The notes under the pieces: model-generated
What the model saw: the letters and a program-made list of their open reading frames with translations, nothing else
The model's database searches: none
What the model was told of the DNA's origin: nothing
Shown: positions 53,301-64,000 of the stretch, piece after piece
How the letters are laid out: each line of letters opens with the position of its first letter
Position numbering within the stretch: the first letter of the stretch is position 1
Made by a program: the position numbers and the translations under genes
Origin: Macrostomum hystrix
Lineage: Eukaryota > Animalia > Platyhelminthes
DNA: 64,000 nucleotides
Reading direction: 5' to 3'
Assembly (NCBI GenBank): GCA_950097015.1
Contig: CATNEN010000001.1
Coordinates: 1,178,001-1,242,000 of the forward strand

Positions 53301-56300
53301 TATCTGAAGCTGCTAGAACAGAAGGACAAGTACATTCTGAGCCAATGCGAGCGACTGCAGGGCGGTTTGCAGAAACTCGCGGAGGCGGCTGTTCAGCTGG
53401 AAGATCTGAACGCCAAGCTGGCAGTTCAGAAGGTGGCCGTCACTGAGAAGACCAAGGCCTGCGAGACCCTGCTTGAGGAGATCAAGACTAGCACAGCTTC
53501 GGCCAACGAGAAGAAAGAGATTGCCAAGGAGAAGGAGAAGGACATTGAGATCCAATCGAAAGAGATCGGCAAAGAGAAGAAGGAGGCTGAGGAGGCTCTG
53601 GCTGAGGCGCTACCAGCACTGGAGCAGGCGCGACTTGCTCTAGACGATCTGGACAAGAATGACGTCACTGAGATTCGCTCGTTCGCTAAGCCGCCTCCAG
53701 CCGTACAGACAGTTAGCGAGTGCATTGTTGTGCTGAAGGGCATCAAGGAGGTGTCTTGGAAGTCCGCTAAGGGCATGATGGCTGACACAAACTTCCTGAC
53801 TTCGCTGCGCAACATGGACGTCGACAGCATCACCGGTAAGCAGAGCAGCACAGTTCGCGAGTATCTGGACAAGCGCAAGGTGACAATAGAAGAGATGAAA
53901 GCGGTGTCGAAGGCCGGCTTTGGCCTGCTGAAGTTTGTCGTTGCAGTGCTCGGCTACTGCGATGTGGCCCGCGAGATCAAGCCCAAGCGAGACAAGGTGG
54001 CTCGCCTAGAAAAGACTTTTAACACCACCAAGCGCGATTTGGAGAAGACGCAGAAGGACCTTGCTCGCCTGGAGGAGGAATTGAAGAGTTTAAACGCTCG
54101 CTACGAGGAGGCCATGTCCGAGCGCATGAAGCTGCAGGAGGAAACGGACATCATGGAGAGGCGTTTGGTGGCTGCCGACAAGCTCATCAGTGGTCTCAGC
54201 TCCGAGAACGAGCGTTGGACCAAAGACCTGGCTGACCTGAAGGACCAACGGATTCGCCTCACCGGCGACTGTCTCCTGTCATCAGCGTTCCTCTGCTATG
54301 TCGGCGCCTTCTCTTCAGAATTCCGAAAGAAGATGGTCTACGAGGACTGGCTCGGTGACATCCAGGAGAAGGGAATCCCGATCAGCCTGCCCTACCGCTT
54401 GGAAACCATTCTCACAAATGATGTCGAGATCTCTAAGTGGACCTCTGAGGGCCTGCCACCGGATGAGCTGTCCATTCAGAACGGTATTCTGACTACGAAC
54501 GCATCTCGCTTCCCGATGTGCATCGATCCGCAGCAGCAGGCGTTGAACTGGATTAAGAAGAAGGAGGAAAAGAACAATTTGAAGATCTGCACATTCAACG
54601 ACTCAGATTTTCTCAAACAACTCGAGTTGGCCATCAAGTTCGGCTTCCCATTCTTGTTCCAAGACGTAGACGAGTACATTGATCCCGTGATTGATAATGT
54701 GCTTGAAAAGAACATCAAGGGCGACCAGGGTCGTGAGTTCGTCATGCTTGGAGACAAGGAAGTCGACTACGATCCTAACTTCCGCCTGTACCTCAACACC
54801 AAGCTGGCAAACCCGCGCTATGGTCCGAATGTGTTCGGCAAGTCAATGGTCATCAACTACTCGGTGACACTGCGTGGCCTCGAGGACCAGCTGCTCAGCG
54901 TTATTGTCAAGTTTGAGCGACGCGAACTAGAAGAGCAGCGTGAGCGCCTCATTCAGGAGACTTCTGAGAACAAGAAACTGCTCAAGGACCTTGAAGACTC
55001 GCTGCTTCGCGAGTTGGCCACTTCAACAGGCAACATGCTGGACAATGTCGAACTCGTCGACACCCTGGAAAACACAAAAACAAAAGCGTCCGAGGTTTCT
55101 GAGAAGTTGAAACTCGGAGCCAAGACTGCCAGCGACATTGATAAGCTTCGAGACGGCTATCGACCGGCGGCAAAGCGGGGCGCGATCCTGTTCTTTGTGC
55201 TGGCCGATCTCAGCACCATCAGCCCGATGTACCAGTACTCCCTGGCTGCCTATCTAGAGGTCTTCCAGTTCTCTCTGCGCAAGAGCCTACCAGATGCTGT
55301 TCTGCAGAAGCGCCTTTCCAACATCATGGACACACTGACGCACAATATCTACAACTACGGTTGCACCGGCATCTTTGAGAAGCACAAACTGATGTACTCT
55401 TTCCAGATCACCGTCAAACTCGAGCTGGACAAGGACAGGCTGAAGCAAGTCGAGCTGGAGTTCTTCATCAAGGGCAACATCGCTCTGGAGAAGGCTGAAC
55501 GGAAGAAGCCGAACAAGTGGATGCCGGAGGAAGGCTGGCAAGACGCCGTCGCTCTGTCACACCGGTTCCCGGATCAGTTCGGCGAGCTGCTCGATGATAT
55601 TGAGCGTCACGAGCGTGAATGGAAGCATGTGAGTTGAGAAATATTGTCCATTATTTTCTCCCGCCCACGCTTGCCAGAATGGTGTCTGGCACGGCGAACT
55701 TTAAGCACGCATCCACTACGTAGAGAATTCCTTTACGTGCATATCTCAACTAATCCCTTAGACCAGAAAGCGAGTAACAAAATGCGCGGGAGGATGTCAT
55801 CCAGTGAGGCGCGTTTGCCATTCCACAAGTGTTACGGCATAAAAAATGGCCCCTAAGAAATACTCAATCAAAAACTGACAGTGGGGTAGAAACTACGGAA
55901 TGATTAACACATCTTCTGATGTTTGACTTGCTGTATAGGAAACTCACTGGGACTGTTGATTCAAAACAAACTTGTTTTTCTGTTCTCCATCTGTAAATAT
56001 TATATTATTTTTTCTACTGAATCTCGTCTTAACAAATATTTCAGTGGTACGACGGTGAATCGCCAGAGGCAACGCATTATCCGTTGAAGTATCGCGACTA
56101 CAGCGACTTCAGCAAGCTGATGATTCTCCGCTGCTTCCGCGTGGATCGTGTCTATCGGGCCATCGAAATCTACGTGACCAACGCCATGGGTGAGAAGTAC
56201 GTCACGCCGCCAATTATCTCGTTTGAGGCCATCTTCGACCAGAGCTCGCCAGTTTCTCCGATCGTATTCATCCTGAGCCCGGGCACGGAGCCGGCCAACG

Positions 56301-59300
56301 ACTTGACCAAGCTGGCCGAGCGGTCCGGCTTCGGTCTGAACCGCCTGAAATTCCTCAGCCTCGGTCAGGGCCAGGAAAAGGCCGCCATGGCGCTGCTGGA
56401 GACGGCCATCTCGAGAGGCCACTGGCTGATGCTGCAGAACTGCCACCTGCTGGTGAAATGGCTGCGCGAGCTGGAGAAGGAGCTGGAGAAACTGTCCAAG
56501 CCGCATCCGGATTTCCGGTGAGCAGTCGTTCTTCTCACAATCAACCAACTCTAAAAAATCTACCTTCAAACAGTCAGATAGCTCCCTAAGGAAATAGGCT
56601 AGAACCTGAAGCAGCTCTACTTGATGAATTGCCGGAGCAGAGTCACTCGCACATCCGTTTAATCACCAGACACTCCCTGCCCCGCCCTTAACAGATCTGG
56701 CTTCCGCATCAGAGCTTAAGTCCCAGATTTAAGGTCTGTCCGACACAAGCCCTGTTTTCCCCACTTTGGTCTAAACCTTGTTCCATTCAAAGTGCATTGT
56801 AATATGCTGAACATGAGAAATGAATTTAATATTGACCCTTATCAACTACATTGCTTTTCAATATCTGTTTTGAATTTTTTTAGTCGGTGGTACCTGAAAT
56901 ATGTTATGAATTAAGTGTTGTCAAGAAAATTCTTTTTGGTGGCTATCAAGGCATTTTAGTTCACAGATATTTTGAATTGATCTCCGTACATTTTCAGCCT
57001 GTGGCTGACAACGGAACCAACGGACGCTTTCCCCATTGGCATCCTGCAACGCTCGCTAAAAGTGGTCACAGAACCGCCGAACGGACTCAAACTAAACCTG
57101 CGCAGCACCTATCACAAGATCCCAGCTCAACAGCTGGTGGAGTGCCCGCACACGTCGTTCCCCGCCCTGGTGTTCACCTTGGCCTTCTTCCACGCTGTCG
57201 TGCAGGAGCGACGCAAATATGGCAAAATTGGCTGGAACATTGCCTACGATTTCAACGAGTCCGACTTTAAAGTGTGCATGCAGATTCTTAACACCTACCT
57301 GGTCAAGGCTTTCGACCTGGGCGACACCAAAATTCCCTGGGGATCGCTTAAGTATCTGATTGGCGAGGTGAGAACATTTTTTATTCGTTGTTTTTGGTCT
57401 TACGGTAGTATGCATCGATGGTCCTTGAAACTCCACACGTCTATCAAACTGACGTTGCACTTTAAAAGGAAACCTTGATCGACTGTTTTTTCGCATTAAA
57501 TCTTTGCCGTAATGGCTTTCGACAACAGTATAGTGTGCTAGCAACTGTACTGTCGTTTGTTTTTTTAGGTAGAAAACTATGACAAGCGCAAAAGAAAGAC
57601 AAAAGCTTTTGCAACATAAAATACTTTTGTGAATTACCTTCCACTATTTTGTAATTGTTGCTTCACAATAGGGGAAATTTAATATGTTTTCACTGCACAC
57701 AGCAGCGTACAAAAAATCCCAAAGGCTTCTTGCATTTCAATTCCCGAAAAGACTGACTGTCGCTAAAGACGTGCCATCACCGCCTTTGAGGTTAGTTCTT
57801 CAAAGCTGTCCAGTGCACCTCAAACTTACTTTTAAAGCCACTTGGCCTTGCCTGAAGTATTTTCTTATCCGAATTCCTTTTGTCTACATTCAGGTTAGAA
57901 AGGTAGCCGGGTAGCAGGAATTCAGGGCGAAGCAGCTGTTAATAAACATGACATCTCCAAGAATGGCTTCGGATTGCAGTAAACTAGTGCTTCGCAGTAT
58001 AATTCGCTTGTCTATTTTGCAGTCGATCCAGAATTTATACTCTCCTGAAATGTCCTGAAGCTGATAGATGAAACGTTTGTTGCGGCCCAGAAACGGCCAA
58101 TGTCGATTTAAACAAACTGCCTTACACGCAGACCAGGACTAGTTGCGAAGGGAGGGGGGTCTCAGTGGGGCCTAGCGCCAACACGACAACACTGGCCTCC
58201 GCAGGCTTTCAGTAATGGAGATTCGATACTGCTAAACAATGGGATTTCAAATGATCATTAATTTTTTTTCTAAACAACTTCTCGCCGTCGGTTGTTAGCA
58301 GAAAAACATTTCTTGATGTCACCTTTGTTGGGACGGGAAAGATTTAACAAAGCTTGGGGCTGTTTTAGTTTTCTTAAAAATGCTTTTAGCAACATGCGTT
58401 TAAAGTTTAGTGCATTTAATTGCCCCCACCGCCCTCTATACTAACAAAGTGATGCACCTGTAACAGCTTCTTTTGAATACCAGATTTTTAAAACTTCCTT
58501 TCGCATAGGGATATTGGCAGGAAGAGCCCGTTAGACAAGAATTGCACGCTTCCGTTATTGGGCCAATTATTGCTCGGGGAATTCTGTATCAGCTACTCCA
58601 CGTGGCCAGGCTGTTTAACTTAGTTTTGGGTGTTGTAAATAAATAAAAACAACCTAATATATTGCCTACCAGAGAACAGAACAGATTTTCGACGCGGCGA
58701 AAGGGCGAGCCGGGTAAAGAAAGGCAAAAGCTTTTAGCTGCTTCGGGGATTTTCAGAAGGAAGGTTAATACTTAAAAAGGCCGAAAAGAGACCCAGAATA
58801 TCCTTAAACTACGGATAAGATGGCTGTAATCAGCGTTTTGTAAGGAATTTTTCCATGCATTGCAGTCCGCCAGCTTGGCAACCTCGGATATAGATGTCGG
58901 ATGCGAGCCAGCTTATTTTAGCTTCAAATTCGCATTGCGCAGACAAAGTACATGGACCGAACACACACAAACACACATACACACGGACAGCGGTGTTCCA
59001 GGTTCATGCAGCTGTTCCCTAATCTAATTGTGAGGGAAAATTTTCAAGAGCAAGATGAAAAAATGTATCACACTTCGTTTATGGTTAATTAACCCTGTCT
59101 GGGGTTAAATCATTGCAAGTCTGTCCATCCTTATGACTTGTCGAACTTGTATTTTCTCACTTTTAGCTTTTGTTTTCTATTGATTCAGGTGGATAAATGA
59201 AAGCCATATAGACTGTATTAATGTTCTCAAACACTCAACCAACCAGGTGATGTACGGTGGTCGCGCTATCGACAACTTCGACCGCCGCGTCCTCAACACC

Positions 59301-62300
59301 TACATGGACGAGTACTTCGGCGATTTCATATTCGACACCTTCCAACCGTTCCACTTCTACAACAACGAAGAAGTCGATTATCACATCCCGGAGGACGGTC
59401 CGAAGGACTCCTACACTGAGTACATCGAGACGCTGCCATTGACAAACACACCTGAGGTGTTCGGTCTTCATCCCAATGCCGAAATAGGCTACTACACCAA
59501 CGCAGCCAAGGACATGTGGGCCAAGCTGATCGAGCTGCAGCCGCAGACTGGAGAGGCCACCGGCGGCATTAGCCGAGACGAGTTCATCGGCGGCGTGGCC
59601 GGCGACATTCTCAAACGACTACACGACGAGTTCGATTTAGAGAAAATTCGCAAAGCGCTTGGCCTAGAAATAGGTCCAACCACCGTTGTGCTTCTGCAGG
59701 AGCTTGAGAGGTGAGCTTTAGGTTCAGTAAAGTTCGCAGGTATCACCGAATTAAGACTCCGACGTGACTTAGGACTTCTTCAAGCCGCAGTGAACTCTGT
59801 AACCTCATATTTTTTCTAAACTTCCAAAATCCTGCATCACCAAAATGTAGCCTTATTTTTCAAACAGAAACACTAAGTAGATTACTCATTCAAAAGGCAT
59901 CCCCGATCAGAGAAAAACTGGCTTATCTAAGCGCGATAAAAAAGTCTAATTACATAGGAGGGGACGCATTATTGGCAGGTGAACATCGAAGATAATTAGA
60001 AGTTAGGAGAAGTCCTGAGTGTCACGTGCTGCTAGTTTGTTGGAAAACATGTTGTTCTGTAGAGTCTGAGTCTGGGTCCCAAGCGTTCGCAGTTGTTTCA
60101 AGTCTGCAATGACAGGTTAGCTTCATAAGCTTACTTTGCTGATAGACCCAAAGCCTTATTCATGGTACTTTTAGGCAGCGTATACACTACTTTGATACAA
60201 AAAATAACGAACCACAAATAAACATGATACCGCAGATTCAACCTGCTAATCAACCGAATGCGTCGCTCGCTGACGACTCTGCAACGCGCTCTAGCCGGCG
60301 AGGTTGGCATGTCAGCAGAGTTGGACGACGTGGCCAAGTGCTTGTACAATGGCCAACTGCCAGGCATTTGGCGCAAGCTTGCTCCGGCTACGCTGAAGAC
60401 ACTGGCCAACTGGATGAACCACTTCGAGCGTCGCTACCAGCAGTACAGCCACTGGGTGAACGAGGAGGAGCCGAGGGTGATGTGGCTGTCTGGACTGCAC
60501 ATTCCGGAGTCCTACCTCACCGCTCTGGTGCAGGCCACCTGCCGCAAGAACGGCTGGCCATTGGACAAGTCCACGCTGTACACCACAGTGACGCAGTGGG
60601 CTCGCGAAGAGGACGTCACCGAGAAAGCGCACCAGGGTGAGATCATCATTCAAGTTTTATTCATATTCATAACTAGGATAATATATTTTAAATAACTTCT
60701 AGTGAACTTGAATACATTTCATTTAAGAATAAAGTTTCTGTTTGTGATGTTCAGCACTGCTCACAAGACGCGAACAAAAATGAGAACACCTGGCTGTATT
60801 TTGACTGGCATTTTCGCTAATCTGGTCTAACAATTCAGCTGCCTTCAATACTATGTAAGATTAGACGGATTATAGGAAAACTTCGAATTGAAACTGAAAA
60901 CCAGCTGGTACTCAAATACGAATGCATTAGTGCTTTGTGATTGAAGAGGACAAACAGGGTACCTCTTTGTCCGGCTCCTGCAGCAGTTGATGGAAATATT
61001 AAATATTAAATAGCTATCAAAGGCTAGAAGGGTAAAAGGAGGCAAATAGGCACTGGTACTGGTACTTCATTTCATACTCACACTGTTTTGTACATCTGCC
61101 CGGACTTTCTCGTCGTCAAGCAGAGGTTGGCCCTCAAGGGCGTTAATTGTTAAAATCTGAATTTTCACAGTCACAGACAGCAGTGACTGTCTGACCACAT
61201 CAACCAAATTAATTGTCAATTTCAAACTATTTTCCCATCGACGAAGCGGACTAACAATTTCGTATAATTTTCTTAGAACCAATTGATAATAACGAATTGT
61301 TAGTCAATTATGCCGCATGGAAATCAGAAAATACAAAAGAACACAAATAGATGACAATTTTTTTATAACGCGACAGAAAAGACAAGCAATTAGGCTGGCA
61401 AGAATGGATATTACTGAAGGGCGTGGTTCCTGCAACAACTGCCTGCTTGTCGTCCAGGCCTGTCATCCCTCGCTCTAGCCTTCCAAACTGCTTATATTTT
61501 TTGCTAATCCTGGCAAGCAATGCACATATAGATTTAAGGGCGGGATTATGAGAGACAATCCTGATAAACTGGCTTGCAAGGAATAGAGAGAGAGAAGTGT
61601 CTTATAAATTCCTTATTTGGATTTGGATAAGTGCAAGACCCACTTTTTTAAGACGGCCTTTCACCGTCTACTTCCCGATAATCTGATGTGGCACTTTAAT
61701 AAACAGTTAGCTGGACAAAACCAGTGCATTTAAATGACGAGTTGGCTTTGCGAAGTTTCGTGTCTGATAAAAATTAGCTAAAAATAAGCATGCGAAGACA
61801 ATGTTTTTCTGGACTCAAATTTTCTTTGAGGCAGTTGTTTTTCTTACATCAAATATTTATCAGCTTCCGCAAGCCAGGTGTTCTAAAAAACTGCACTCCA
61901 ATTATCTGCAAAACAAGACTAACTGTGAAGCGAAGATTTAAACAAAATAAATAAGTTTTAGAGGAGCGACGAAATGACCAATGCTGATTGAGCAATAATG
62001 TGATAATAATGATGTGATATGCGATGCGAAGAATGTTTCTTTCTATCTAACGGAAACTGTAGCTAAAAAAATGGGGTATGTTTTCTTTGAATTTTAGTCT
62101 ACCTGAAATGCGTGTGGAGCTTCTGTGATGCTAAAGTTGTGATTGTAAAATATGCAGCAAACTTAAGGAATCGAAAATAATCAACTTAAGAGTTTGAGCA
62201 CACCAAAGGGGGGGGCAAACTTTGCCATTCAATCGCTTATGAAAATCACTCGGCAAATATTCATTCAGGATGTTTCGTCTCCGGCCTCTACCTCGAGGGC

Positions 62301-62561
62301 GCTGACTGGGACATTGAGAATAGCCACCTCATCAAGCAGCGACCAAAGCAGCTCATCACCCAGCTGCCAGTTCTCAAAGTCATCCCAATCGAAGCGCACC
62401 GACTCAAGCTGCAGAACACATTCCGTACGCCGGTTTATGTCACGTCGCAGCGTCGGAATGCCATGGGCGTCGGTCTGGTGTTCGAAGCGGATTTGGCAAC
62501 CTCGGAACACTCGAGTCACTGGGTGCTGCAAGGAGTCTGTCTCATCCTCAACACCGATTAG
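38337..62561 (+). CDS. DNAH10: Axonemal inner-arm dynein heavy chain 10 (I1/f alpha), complete, ~4663 aa, 17 exons
   Basis: Exons 38337-38550, 39086-39184, 39285-39439, 39542-40377, 40468-40689, 42028-42343, 42435-43131, 43270-43919, 44011-49515, 49630-49794, 51418-52068, 53148-55628, 56045-56517, 56998-57367, 59247-59710, 60236-60636 and 62269-62561; phases are consistent. P-loops [24 protein letters not shown] and GVGGSGKQ. The N-terminus [17 protein letters not shown] and C-terminus [15 protein letters not shown] are DNAH10-like. Confidence 0.93.
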
Positions 62562-62697
62562 AAACTAAAATACTTCCCGGATTGCCAATTACTTTGAGCC
62601 TAATATTTCAGAGTAATATTCGTATTTACTAAGAAGAGCAAGTGTGAACGCAAACAGAAAAAAATTAACACCGTTAAAAAACACCGGAAAAAAGCGT

Positions 62698-62703
62698 AAT
62701 AAA
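62698..62703 (+). terminator. Putative polyadenylation signal for DNAH10
   Basis: AATAAA about 140 bp after the stop codon. Confidence 0.45.
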
Positions 62704-63395
62704 ATATTTTTAACTTCAGAAAAAAACTAAAATATTGTCATTTGAGAAATCACGGGCCAGTTAACAATCGATAACAATCTTGTAACACACTTGAACTTCT
62801 TAATAAGGAATTGTTTTGCAAGAATTATATTTGTAAAGTGGGACTTAAAGTAACTTTTGATAGGAACTCTAAGATAAGATTTAAATGTTTCATATTGTTT
62901 GTTATATTTGTCCTTTCTTGATCCAGGATAGAATTTTGCATGCTTTTTTGCTCGTAAGGTTATAGTAAATTTGCTCATTTGATCAGTAATGTGACATTGT
63001 GCATGTAACTTGTAATTTACGCCTTAAATAGTTTCAGTTAACAAAAAAGTTTTTTATTAATACACTTTTCCAGAATTTTTGACACTCGAGTGAGTTAATT
63101 AGCATATTCTCTCCTGCGTTTTGTGTTAAAAACATTTCCTTATGCCTCTTATTATCTGGGCATAAAAATTAGTTTGCAAAAAGTATCCTTTCTGTAAGGA
63201 ACTGCTAGCTAGCCGTTTAAAAATGAAATTTTTATGACTCATTGTAAAGTAACTACAAGAAAAATAGGCATCTAGTTCCTAAAATCCTAACTTCAAATTC
63301 GATCAGATAAGTGAGAAAAGTCAAATTAACAGAACCTTTCGTTATCATAGGTGAGGATGATAAGATAAATGGCAGAGATTTACATTACGATTCAT

Positions 63396-63480
63396 GAGCG
63401 TGTTCAGAGCGTCGGACTCATCACTCGAGAGTCGTGGGTTCGATCCCCGATTCTACTCAAACAGTTTGTGTCCTTTAGCA
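63396..63480 (+). mobile_element. Truncated copy of the SINE family at 35086
   Basis: GCGTCGGACTCA...GGTTCGATCCCCGA...AACAGTTTGTGTCCTTTAGCA aligns to 35109-35179. Confidence 0.75.
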
Positions 63481-64000
63481 CGTGTTGAGCATGTGTAGTC
63501 AATAGAAATATTAAAATAATTATTTTCCCATATTGGGTTTTTTAATCTTTTCATAAAGCTAGACAAATCGATAAAAAACAGAAAAGAGGCCGGTGAGTGG
63601 TAGAGTTGCTAACTCTCTCACCAAGGTACCTGAACTCGAATCCTCAGCATGAAGCCATTCGTGGCTTGTCGTGCAATTTGTCTCTAATGTCCAGAGTGAA
63701 AGTACAGAAAGTCAGTACATGTGTACTCACCTACGTTCAGGTGTGTGTGCTCAGAAGTTAGCGGAATGGGCAAGATTGCCTCTCGATGGCTGTCACAGTG
63801 CCTAGAGCCCTTGACTGAGCAGACGGTATAAGGTACCTCAATGAGTGCGTTTCTCATCACATTTTTAAGTATATTTGAAGCATGTGCCTCGAATGATCAG
63901 TGCTCAAAACTATACAAATCTGAGTTGCTCTTGATTGCTTAATTGCTGTCTCCCCGCAAAAGTACATCAAAGCCACAATACCTGGCATCCTTGACTGTGC

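Noticed and set aside
39455-62531. Numerous antisense and alternate-frame ORFs over dynein exons
   Set aside because: Shadow ORFs caused by GC3-rich codon usage in the real gene.
63586-63900. Possible second degenerate tRNA-derived SINE
   Set aside because: Weak A/B boxes and no tail or TSD identified.

Overview
Eukaryotic (animal) genomic DNA with GT-AG spliced genes. It is AT-rich between genes, and the left half is saturated with minisatellites. That style suggests a free-living flatworm such as Macrostomum, but this is only an inference. I reconstructed five genes by hand, checking splice phases. (1) DRAP1/NC2-alpha (minus, <1-1437), which the ORF track misses. (2) A 4-exon RimK-like ATP-grasp ligase resembling a bacterial family (plus, 3189-6886), a horizontal-transfer candidate. 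(3) A 6-exon membrane-bound, chordate-type tyrosinase (minus, 9706-21592) with a Thr-Gly stalk and a dileucine sorting motif. (4) UBE2Z (minus, 31872-34375). (5) A complete 17-exon axonemal dynein heavy chain DNAH10 (plus, 38337-62561). Mobile DNA comprises a 5'-truncated Gypsy LTR element inside a tyrosinase intron, a CORE-type SINE with a TSD plus a fragment, and two GG-terminated MITEs with 8- and 9-bp TSDs. About 14 distinct tandem arrays lie between 3.6 and 33.7 kb. They include a 7.2-kb purine-rich satellite, arrays whose units look like splice sites, and inverted arrays bracketing tyrosinase exon 4. Most long low-complexity ORFs in the track are artefacts of these arrays.
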